Below, one piece after another: positions 31,452 to 40,139 of a stretch of 64,000 bases of DNA (positions are counted from its first letter, which is position 1; each line of letters begins with the position of its first letter). The stretch is from Deltaproteobacteria bacterium (GTDB lineage: Bacteria > Desulfobacterota > Dissulfuribacteria > Dissulfuribacterales > UBA3076): positions 5,416 through 69,415 of the forward strand of contig JAGYNZ010000010.1 of assembly GCA_018399745.1 (NCBI GenBank), in the 5' to 3' direction. A model generated the notes under the pieces. That model did no database searches and had not been told where the DNA came from. It saw only the letters and a list, made by a program, of their open reading frames with translations. Position numbers and translations under genes: made by a program.

Positions 31452-32513
31452 TTAGGCAATATGTTTAACTACCAAACGAAGGAGCTTGGTTGTTGAAAAT
31501 TTTTTTGCGGCACCGTTGGGTAAATTTTTGCAGGGGACCTCTGCCCTGGCACTCTGTCTGTGCCCGCCGGCTGATCCTATGTTCCCAAAGACACGGGCTG
31601 CCAATTTGCCTGCATGTTTTTTATAACCATCGCAGCGAAAGATGACCACGAGCTTTTCTCCATAACGGCCGGATATTATAACCCATGCTATATCATGAAT
31701 ATGTGAAAAAAAATCAGCCACTACTACAAGGATGTCCGGATTTCCGACGCGTCCCAGATGGATATAAATACGTTTTTTGCTGATTTTCATGGTTTCCAGG
31801 GCGATCTTGAAATATTTCAGTTCTGATCGTCTTATGTCAGCGGTCTCTATCTTGTTTAGCAGTTGCTGGTTGATTTGTTTAAAGAGATATTGGAAACAGA
31901 GTATATCAGATGGGGAGGTCTTATTGGTAAAATTTTGGGTGTCAACCTTGATACCGTAAAAAAGTGCTGTTGCAAGTGCTACCGCAGGTTTTATTTTAGC
32001 TGCCTTCAGGTATTCAGTGAGCATAGATGCAACCGCTCCATATTCTGGTCGTATGTCTACGAAGGGGGCATCCCATCCATCAGTAAGTGGGTGGTGGTCG
32101 ATCACCGCATTATAGGAGATTGAAGTCAGGTCTGTATGATGAGGGGGTTGAGAGTCTACGAGCACAAATTTGGTGTATTGACCCTGCTTTACTCCCCTCA
32201 GCCTATGCAGAGGAATTTTTAGAAAGTCTCTCATTGCAAGGTTATTTACACGCTTTATCTCATTATTGTGGGCTATTGTAACTTCTTCCACTTTTCGGCT
32301 GAGCAATCTTTTCACTGCCTGGGCACTGGCCATGGCATCGGGATCAGCTATTATTATTACCAGTACGCGGTCGTCCCTGGTGAAAATCTGCAGGAAAGAA
32401 CGGAGACGTTCTTTGTTGGAAAGCCTTTTTGTGGCACGCGCGCTTTGCTCAGGAGATTGTGGCAAATCAACTTTTTCAGGATTATTTTTACTGTTATTAA
32501 CCGAATTTGTCAT
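31452..32513 (-). CDS. DHH/DHHA1 family phosphoesterase
   Basis: ADPDAMAS, VDSQ, IDHH, GIKVDT and AGGH motifs. Confidence 0.9.
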   Translation of the reverse strand: MTNSVNNSKNNPEKVDLPQSPEQSARATKRLSNKERLRSFLQIFTRDDRVLVIIIADPDAMASAQAVKRLLSRKVEEVTIAHNNEIKRVNNLAMRDFLKIPLHRLRGVKQGQYTKFVLVDSQPPHHTDLTSISYNAVIDHHPLTDGWDAPFVDIRPEYGAVASMLTEYLKAAKIKPAVALATALFYGIKVDTQNFTNKTSPSDILCFQYLFKQINQQLLNKIETADIRRSELKYFKIALETMKISKKRIYIHLGRVGNPDILVVVADFFSHIHDIAWVIISGRYGEKLVVIFRCDGYKKHAGKLAARVFGNIGSAGGHRQSARAEVPCKNLPNGAAKKFSTTKLLRLVVKHIA

Positions 32514-32884
32514 TTTACTATTATAAGAGCCTCATAAGAAATTGTGCCATGGGGAAAAACAGGCACGGTCTTTTTTGCATTATACTTCTCTTGTAGTTTT
32601 AGACAGCTTCTTTATTATGTGTTTAAAGGGCCTTTTTCGAAAGGTCCAAAAGTAATTTTAATTTTCATTCAATATTACACCAAATCGCATTATCAGCAAA
32701 TGGCGACATGGAGGACCTCTTGAGAAAAAACTTAAGATGTTATCACTGGGTCTGGTTAGCGCTCATGGTTAAATTTGGTTTTGATTTGCTTGGAATCTGC
32801 ATCAAAAAAAAGAGGGCGAAATGTGTAAAACTTGAAGCGAAAAATGCCTGAAAAAATAGTGATAGACTCTTGTTTCGCTTCAAA

Positions 32885-33667
32885 TTATTTCATCATATAG
32901 CCCCTGAGTCTTACATCTTTCACTATAAGCGGTGCAAGATCATGATTTAGGCGCCTGACGATCGGTTGTCTGTACTGCATCAGGAATTTTTCTTGAATAC
33001 CCGAGCTTATATCAATGCCCTGAAGCTCTCTCGAGATTGTGTCTCTGACCCAGGCCTCTTTTTTTCTAACTGCATTTTTTGTTTCGGCATCAGAAACAAT
33101 AAGTTCCACTTGCAATTTTAAAAAGACCAGTTCCTTATCTCTTTGCGCTGGTATTAGGAATGGGGCAAGATCTAAGGTTTGAGAGCCGCTGTGATCGGCC
33201 AAGTTATACGGGATATCTCCCGTAACCATTTTAGGTGGGTCAAAAAACGGAGCTGAGAGGTTCCACAAAAGCACGAGTCCAATAATAAGAAGAATTCCCG
33301 ATGCCCCTGATATCGTCCAGATAATCCATGATGCCTCTTCGTGTGGCAGCTTGATCTCCTGGTTTTCTTGCGAGCAGACCTCTTTTAATTCATTCTGCAG
33401 AAAGGTCTCTTTCGAATGTATGGTTGGTATCTTTTTAACTGGCTCATCATTAAAGTCAGAAAGCCGAATATCGATTGGGCGATTTTTCCCATCCTGCGAT
33501 TCGTCTTCAGATAATATCATATATATGTCATTATCGATCGACTCCGTTAAATCCGTATCGAGTTGTAGCCCGTTATCACCTGAATCCTCTACCGGTTTGG
33601 TGATTTCTAAATCCGGACCCTCTTTATAATCGGTTTTATCTTTGAAACTAGAAGTATCTTTAGTCAC
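32885..33667 (-). CDS. FliL-like membrane protein with long acidic N-terminus
   Basis: One TM segment, then L.PFLI...FLKL.VEL...RD.I...L...I..RLN...V.DV.L pattern of FliL; located next to fliA. Confidence 0.55.
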   Translation of the reverse strand: MTKDTSSFKDKTDYKEGPDLEITKPVEDSGDNGLQLDTDLTESIDNDIYMILSEDESQDGKNRPIDIRLSDFNDEPVKKIPTIHSKETFLQNELKEVCSQENQEIKLPHEEASWIIWTISGASGILLIIGLVLLWNLSAPFFDPPKMVTGDIPYNLADHSGSQTLDLAPFLIPAQRDKELVFLKLQVELIVSDAETKNAVRKKEAWVRDTISRELQGIDISSGIQEKFLMQYRQPIVRRLNHDLAPLIVKDVRLRGYMMK

Positions 33668-34199
33668 ATCAATATTTAATGAGGAAATAATATTTTGATA
33701 ATTTTATTCAAGTCTTTAAGGGTTAAGGATTTAAACTGTTTAATATATTTGTACTACAAAGACTGGTTTAGCTCAAAATGTTACAAATACAATGTCTGAA
33801 ATTTCATCGGTATAAAATAGTTAGAAATAAGTCGACTAAACAGGGAAATCAGTGCAGCGCCACAGACCTAATATTTTAACACAATCATAACCCAATGACA
33901 GGGCTTTGTAATCTTTTTTAGTACGGAATGGAAATGAAACATGGAGGAAGAGTTATAAACAAGCTTTAATAAAGATATTATATACGTAATTTGCGTCACG
34001 GCCGAATCCATCTATAGAGCTTCAGGATTTATGTCAATTTTAGCCGTTTTTAGCCGTTGACCCCTGATGTCTGAATGGATTCCTGATTTCGAGCAAGGTA
34101 ACCATTTAAGGATGAAGACGTGAAGGGGATATATCTATTCTGTGCGGTCAGGGAAGACGGGATAGACTGGATATGGATCTTCACAAATGGGTTCTTCTT

Positions 34200-35051
34200 T
34201 TATTCGGCGATTTCCTCTGCGACCGAGGCTAAACGGATTCTTAGCCTCAACATGGCCTTGGTATGCATCTGGGATATTCGGGATTCAGTATATCCCATGA
34301 TCTCCCCTATTTCTCGCATTGTGAGATCCTCATAATAATAAAGAGAGACCACGATTTTTTCTTTTTCCGGAAGTGAATTTATGGCTTTTGCTAAAATTTC
34401 TTTGATCTCTGTTTTATTCAATAAGGTAAAGGGATTAACCTCATTGTCGCTTTCTATTAAATCAAAAAGATCTTCTTCATTACTATCCGGCATTCTTCTG
34501 CGGATGGTTTCTATGTCGAGGAAGGTTACGCTCTTCGTTTTATCCAATAATTTGTGGAATTTTTCTATGCTGATTCCTAATGCCTTGGCAACTTCTTTGT
34601 CTTTAGGGGGTCGGTTTAGTGCTTTTTCCAGATAATGATATGTTTTTTCCAGTTCTGTAGCCTTTTTTCTTATAGATCTGGGGACCCAGTCAAGGGATCT
34701 TAGCTCATCCAGTATTGCGCCACGAATTCGGAATTCTGCGTAAGTCTTGAAACGGATTTTTTTTGATGAATCAAATTTTTCGATAGCATCCATTAGTCCG
34801 ATGACTCCTGAACTTATGAGATCGTCTTGAGATATGTTTGGGGGCAAGCGCATGGCGAGTTTCCCTGCAACGTATTTTATCAGGGGAGAATACTTGAGAA
34901 TTAGTTCTTCACGTTTTTCCTGCGTGAGTGATTTACCATCGCCGAAAAAGGTATCAGTATAATCCTTAAGTGGTATTCTCGCAGTCTTTGCCATCACTTG
35001 TTTACTTTTTAAGAAAGTGTCCCCGGAAATATCTGACGTTACTAACAACAT
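34200..35051 (-). CDS. fliA: RNA polymerase sigma-28 factor FliA/WhiG
   Basis: DDLIS.G.IGL.DAIEKFD, FKTYAEFRIRGAILDELRSLDWVPRS and LTMREIGE...TESRISQ motifs; AGGAG RBS before ATG 35051. Confidence 0.95.
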   Translation of the reverse strand: MLLVTSDISGDTFLKSKQVMAKTARIPLKDYTDTFFGDGKSLTQEKREELILKYSPLIKYVAGKLAMRLPPNISQDDLISSGVIGLMDAIEKFDSSKKIRFKTYAEFRIRGAILDELRSLDWVPRSIRKKATELEKTYHYLEKALNRPPKDKEVAKALGISIEKFHKLLDKTKSVTFLDIETIRRRMPDSNEEDLFDLIESDNEVNPFTLLNKTEIKEILAKAINSLPEKEKIVVSLYYYEDLTMREIGEIMGYTESRISQMHTKAMLRLRIRLASVAEEIAE

Positions 35052-35265
35052 GGTTTTCACTCCTAACATTCAAGACATTTCGTCCAAATTCATTTATTGG
35101 GGCTGTGCGGATCTTTTAAAGTATTCTACGATCTGTGGATATTATAAATAACCAGTTCCTCATGTGTTTCAGTCTGATTAATAATGATATGACAAAAAGC
35201 GTCTTCGTCTGTCATAATCAAATACCCAAGAAAGATACCCGTCTATAGTATGCAACACTTTAGCA

Positions 35266-35282
35266 AGCAACACTTATACCAA
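35266..35282 (-). promoter_or_regulatory. Sigma-54 (-24/-12) promoter upstream of fliA
   Basis: TTGGTATAAGTGTTGCT, with exact GG-N10-GC spacing. Confidence 0.65.
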
Positions 35283-35592
35283 AAGCTTGAAAAGGCATTC
35301 TCTTTATTTTTAAATCAGTATAATTTAAAATCCGACCTGCTTTGCAATGAGTGCTCTGTATTTTCTTGAATTGAGTAAGTACCAAGAACAAATTAAATAC
35401 TGTTAAATGTTTTTATTAAAAAAACAAAGTATTAGATTACTGAAGTCTTTTTTGATGATTTACAGGTTAAGATATCAAGTTTAATTAAAAGATCGAATAA
35501 CAGGTGAGCAAGCCACTATGGAGATGCTTTCAAGAATACGAATGAGGTGAATCTTAATATTTCTAAGATCGAATATAGGGAATTGAATTTGA

Positions 35593-35647
35593 GTCAATAT
35601 TTTGACATAAATAAACATTTTACGTAAAAACTGACATTTTTTTGTCA
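35593..35647. promoter_or_regulatory. Paired palindromes, candidate enhancer-binding-protein sites
   Basis: GTCAA-TATT-TTGAC (35593-35606) and TGACA-N6-TGTCA (35632-35647), ~310-365 nt upstream of the sigma-54 element. Confidence 0.45.
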
Positions 35648-35747
35648 CAATTTTGCAGATACCATTACATGGTCAGAAAATTAAAGTTGAAAGATTGGAA
35701 ACCCAGGATTCAAGTCTGCAGTTTTTGAATCCCGGACTCATAAAGGT

Positions 35748-37025
35748 TTAATTTGATTTTAATATGAGGCTGGTGGATATGTCGTGGACAAAGGGTATTC
35801 TTGCCACAAGACCTCCTGCGTCCTTTACTGTTTCGGCCCCTACTATGTTTTTTTCTTTCCAATCCGCTCCCTTGACCAAGACATCTGGAACAATGTTTTG
35901 GATAATGTTTAATGGAGTGGTATCATGAAAAATCACCACATAATCTACAGCGGCAAGTCCAGCCAGCACTTGCGCCCTCATTGCTTCGCTATTGACAGGT
36001 CGTCCCTGCCCCTTGATTTTTCTGACTGATTTGTCGCTGTTTAATCCTACCACCAGATAGTCACCTAAATGCCTGGCTGATTCCAGATATGAAACATGAC
36101 CGGCATGCAGGAGATCAAAACATCCATTGGTAAAAACCATCTTTTGGCCGGCCTTACGTCTTCGCTTTACCGCGATATTCAGAGAAGGCAGGTCCAGTAT
36201 CTTTATATTGGCCTTTGGCCACCAGGATCTTGGTGCATGTGCAGTAAAGAAGTCTTGGCGTGTGGAGTGTACTTCATTCATATCAAGTTCAGCCAGGATA
36301 ATGGTCTCTCCGTTACAGGCCCTGGCAAGTATGTCCCCACGTGGTCCTATAATTTCAGAGCCTCCGCCAAATTCTGTGCTTCCAATCATTCCCCAGGCGT
36401 TTGCACCTGCCAGAAAACATTGATTTTCAATAGCTCTTGATTCCATCAGAATCTGCAGATGGTGTACCCGGTTAACTGGCCACAAGGCAGACAAGAGTAT
36501 TAAATCCACTCCCTGGCACACAATGTGACGTACAAGTTCTGGGAAACGCAGGTCAAAACAGGTTATCAGGCCAAGTCCTAATTCGGTTTCTCTAATGGGT
36601 ATCCAAAAGGCGACAGGGTCAGTTCCAGGGCTAAAAATATGATCCTCTTTCATAGGGCCGAATAGATGGATTTTTCTATATTTATGGAATGTACTATCAG
36701 GTCCAATCAAATAGGTAGTATTAAAGAGCCTCTCACCTGAATTCTCTATGTCTAATTCAGGCAGTGTGCCGACTATATGAATTCTGTTCGTCTCTGCCAA
36801 AATTTTAAGCTTGTACAGGAGTTCGGGAATTTCATGGGCCAGATATTTGTCCGTCTCACTGAGAGGCCCTGTAGCCCATAGTTCGGGAAGTAGAAATAAT
36901 TCCGCTCCGGCCCTTGCAGCTTTAAAGGTTGCAGATTCAATTTTTTTCCAGTTGGCCTGGACATCTTTTTTTATAGGAGTAAACTGAAAAATTCCTATTT
37001 TAAAAGTTGACATTGATTGTTTCAT
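35748..37025 (-). CDS. Fusion: carbon-nitrogen hydrolase (nitrilase family) plus HldC/RfaE-II heptose-1-phosphate adenylyltransferase
   Basis: N-terminal LPEL / YRKIHLF / TCFDLRFPE catalytic triad; C-terminal VFTNGCFDLLHAGHV.YL..A...GD.LVVGLNSD.SV and VKG.DW; one uninterrupted ORF. Confidence 0.88.
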   Translation of the reverse strand: MKQSMSTFKIGIFQFTPIKKDVQANWKKIESATFKAARAGAELFLLPELWATGPLSETDKYLAHEIPELLYKLKILAETNRIHIVGTLPELDIENSGERLFNTTYLIGPDSTFHKYRKIHLFGPMKEDHIFSPGTDPVAFWIPIRETELGLGLITCFDLRFPELVRHIVCQGVDLILLSALWPVNRVHHLQILMESRAIENQCFLAGANAWGMIGSTEFGGGSEIIGPRGDILARACNGETIILAELDMNEVHSTRQDFFTAHAPRSWWPKANIKILDLPSLNIAVKRRRKAGQKMVFTNGCFDLLHAGHVSYLESARHLGDYLVVGLNSDKSVRKIKGQGRPVNSEAMRAQVLAGLAAVDYVVIFHDTTPLNIIQNIVPDVLVKGADWKEKNIVGAETVKDAGGLVARIPFVHDISTSLILKSN

Positions 37026-37115
37026 AATTAAAAAATTAATCTGCTAACTATTGCAAGGAAATACAGGCGGGTGATTTTAAGCAATACCACATATTCTGTC
37101 TTTCAGTTCAATCAT

Positions 37116-38072
37116 TCAATGGCCCATTCTCCATTCCAATGTCCGTTCAATTCCTTCAGAAAGAACCGTTTTGGGTTTCCAGCCTAGGACCTCCTCAGCC
37201 AAATATATCTTTAGACAGCTTTTCTTAAGGTCTCCCGGTCTCGCAGAGGTCCTGTCCGGTATCCTCAAAGAATTGTGAAGAGGACGTTTGTTGGAGATTA
37301 TATCAAATATGGTCTCAAAAAGGATCTGTGTCCTGGTTTCTTTCCCCGTACCGATATTAACGGCCTTTTTATTTCCTGCCTTAAGGGCAAGGATGTTTGC
37401 ATCAACGACATCTCCCACATAGCAGTAGTCCCTGATCATGCCCTCTGGTTCAGACAGAAAATGGTATATCATGCAGGGCCTATTTTCAAGTAATCTGTCC
37501 ATAAAAATGGCCACTACTCCGGCCTCACCGTTAGGTATCTGGCGGGGGCCATAGATGTTGGAATATCGCAGGACAATATAGTTTAATCCATATTGGTGTG
37601 CGTAGAAGTGAAGGTAGTTTTCCGAGACCGCCTTTGCTATGGCATAAGGAGACAAGGGTTGAGGGGTACAGGCTTCAGAGGTGGGGTATTCTTCACCTTC
37701 TCCATAAATGGCCCCGCCCGATGATATGAATATGATTTTGCGTGTTCCGACCCTCCTGGCACCTTCCAGTAGATTGATAAAACCCTTGATATTTACTGAT
37801 GCGTCAAATCCAGGGTCTGCTACGGAAGCCGGGACGGAGATTTGGGCTGCATGATGATTTATCACCTCTGGCCTTTCATATTCCAGTAATTTATGTATCT
37901 CCGGGGCCCTTATGTCCATTAAATAGAATTTTGCCTCAGGATGCAGGTTTTCCCATTTTCCTGTATAAAGGTTATCTACCACTACAACTTCATGCCCCGC
38001 CTCTACATAAGCATCTGTTACATTTGAACCAATAAAACCTGCCCCGCCGGTTACCAGGATTTTCATGCTCAC
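37116..38072 (-). CDS. NAD-dependent epimerase/dehydratase (UDP-glucose 4-epimerase-like)
   Basis: TGGAGFIGS, HHAAQ, SSGGAIYG, YAIAK and RY.NIYGPRQ motifs. Confidence 0.9.
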   Translation of the reverse strand: MSMKILVTGGAGFIGSNVTDAYVEAGHEVVVVDNLYTGKWENLHPEAKFYLMDIRAPEIHKLLEYERPEVINHHAAQISVPASVADPGFDASVNIKGFINLLEGARRVGTRKIIFISSGGAIYGEGEEYPTSEACTPQPLSPYAIAKAVSENYLHFYAHQYGLNYIVLRYSNIYGPRQIPNGEAGVVAIFMDRLLENRPCMIYHFLSEPEGMIRDYCYVGDVVDANILALKAGNKKAVNIGTGKETRTQILFETIFDIISNKRPLHNSLRIPDRTSARPGDLKKSCLKIYLAEEVLGWKPKTVLSEGIERTLEWRMGH

Positions 38073-38255
38073 ATATCTCCTTTATCTTTAATTTATAGTA
38101 TGATGTTGCTGTCATGTCTATCGAAGTGCTTGCAAGAAGGGTGCTGACTGATCCTTTGTAAAAAAATAAGCTTGAATTTGCTGGACGTACTGCAAATCTA
38201 TCAATAATATCAAAGGACCGATATTATTGATTGATAGGAGAAGGAATGTTTAGTC

Positions 38256-40139
38256 ATGAATAATATAACCTTTTTGCCGGCCGACGTGACTGTAATTGCA
38301 GATCAGGATGAAAATCTGTTAAGAGCGGCTATGAGGGCTGGAGTACATATTAACTCCTCATGTGGCGGAGCGGGTGTTTGTAATAAGTGCCGCATTTTTC
38401 TGGAACGGGGGCTTGTCACGGGAGAGGCCTTGCCTGGGGGGGGATGGAAGGCCTGTGCCACTTTTCCTGTCTCAGATGTGGTAATTCGTGTACCAGTTGA
38501 GTCTCAGATGGACCGAAAGGTTGTCAGACCACTGACAGCCAGAAAGGCCGCATCATGGATCAAGGCCCAGGACGAGGTCATAGACTGGAAACTACATCCT
38601 GTAGTCCGCAAACACGTTATTAGCTTGCCTCAGCCAAGCCTTAAGGACAGTGTGAGTGATCTTGACAGGCTAAAACGTGAAGTTGTTCAAGGCAGGCTTC
38701 AGTCAATTTCGCTGGAAGTAGATAATCAGGTCCTCTTTGATCTGCCGGAAAACGTCCGGAGCAATGACTGGAGAGTCACTGTGAGCTTAATGGAGGGCCC
38801 CAAAAAAGATGCCTGTCGTCTCATTCGTGTTGAGCCGGGTGATACCACAGGCCAGCATCTGGCGGTGGCGGTGGATATAGGTACTACTACCGTATCGGCC
38901 CAGTTGGTGAATCTTGAAAGCGGAGAGGTCCTGGAAGAGATTTCTAATTACAATCCGCAGATTAGCTATGGGGAAGATGTTATATCGCGTATAGAGTTTG
39001 CAAAAAAGAAAGAAGGCCTTAAGACCCTGCAGAAAAAGATAATCGAATGTCTTAATGAGCTTTTAAATGAACTTTTTACGAATACGGACCGAGAAAAGGA
39101 CGCTTTAAGTTTCATAACCGTAGCTGCAAATACCGTAATGATTCATTTTCTTCTCGGTCTTGATACGCGTTTCCTAAGGACCCAACCCTATACACCCGTT
39201 GCTACCCAGTTCCCCCCGTTTAGGGCCATAGAGTCAGGTATAAATGTTCCGGCACACGTACACATGTTTTTAGGTCCTTGTGTAGCCAGTTACGTTGGCG
39301 CGGATATAGTAGCAGGAGTAGTAGGTGTAGGGCTTAACCGTCATCCGGAGCTTACGCTCTTTATAGATTTAGGAACAAACGGAGAAATAGTCCTCGGAAA
39401 TCAGGATTGGATGGCGTGTGCAGCCTGCTCAGCGGGTCCTGCCTTTGAGGGGGGCGGAATAACGCACGGCATGCGCGCGGCCGAAGGGGCAGTTGAGGTA
39501 GTACACATACACCCCCATACATTTGAACCTATGGTCTTGACCATTGGGGGCAGAAAGGCAAGTGGAATATGTGGATCGGGTATAATCAGCCTGCTGGCCG
39601 GCCTTTTCATGGCAGGTGTGTTGGATCAGCAGGGAAAATTTTATAACGATCTGAAGACAGACAGGGTACGCCCCGGCAGGGATGGCTGGGAATATGTGTT
39701 AATAGAAGCGGAATCTACTTCCATAGATCGGGATATAGTATTCACAGAGGCGGATATTGAGAATCTTATTCGAGCAAAAGGTGCAATGTTCGCCGGCTAT
39801 TATACATTGTTGGAATCAGTGGGCATGGGATTTGAAGATCTGGAGCGTATAATATTGGCTGGCAGTTTTGGAAGTTACCTGGATATTGACCAGGCCGTCA
39901 CTATAGGGCTGCTTCCTGATATTTCAAGGGACCGCTTCTTTTTTGCAGGTAACAGCTCTCTTCTCGGGGCAAAGGCTTCAGCTGTTTCGTGGCCTGTTAC
40001 CAAAGATCTGTACAAGGTTGCAAAGATGATGACCCACTTTGACCTCAGTGATAGCCCCCGGTTCATGGAACATTATGTCTCGTGCCTGTTTCTGCCTCAT
40101 ACGGATCAGAGATTGTTTCCTTCAGTCAGACTCGACTGA
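38256..40139 (+). CDS. ASKHA-domain reductive activator of corrinoid proteins (RACo/AcsV/DUF4445) with N-terminal 2Fe-2S domain
   Basis: CGGAGVCNKC...KAC; VDIGTTT, GEDVISRI, IDLGTNGE, CSAGPAFEGG, GICGSG and LAGSFG motifs. Confidence 0.92.
   Translation: MNNITFLPADVTVIADQDENLLRAAMRAGVHINSSCGGAGVCNKCRIFLERGLVTGEALPGGGWKACATFPVSDVVIRVPVESQMDRKVVRPLTARKAASWIKAQDEVIDWKLHPVVRKHVISLPQPSLKDSVSDLDRLKREVVQGRLQSISLEVDNQVLFDLPENVRSNDWRVTVSLMEGPKKDACRLIRVEPGDTTGQHLAVAVDIGTTTVSAQLVNLESGEVLEEISNYNPQISYGEDVISRIEFAKKKEGLKTLQKKIIECLNELLNELFTNTDREKDALSFITVAANTVMIHFLLGLDTRFLRTQPYTPVATQFPPFRAIESGINVPAHVHMFLGPCVASYVGADIVAGVVGVGLNRHPELTLFIDLGTNGEIVLGNQDWMACAACSAGPAFEGGGITHGMRAAEGAVEVVHIHPHTFEPMVLTIGGRKASGICGSGIISLLAGLFMAGVLDQQGKFYNDLKTDRVRPGRDGWEYVLIEAESTSIDRDIVFTEADIENLIRAKGAMFAGYYTLLESVGMGFEDLERIILAGSFGSYLDIDQAVTIGLLPDISRDRFFFAGNSSLLGAKASAVSWPVTKDLYKVAKMMTHFDLSDSPRFMEHYVSCLFLPHTDQRLFPSVRLD

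Noticed and set aside
33700-34190. Sigma-28 promoter or ncRNA between fliA and the fliL-like gene
   Set aside because: An ACCGATGA -10-like element has no properly spaced TAAA -35, and no recognisable RNA family structure is present.
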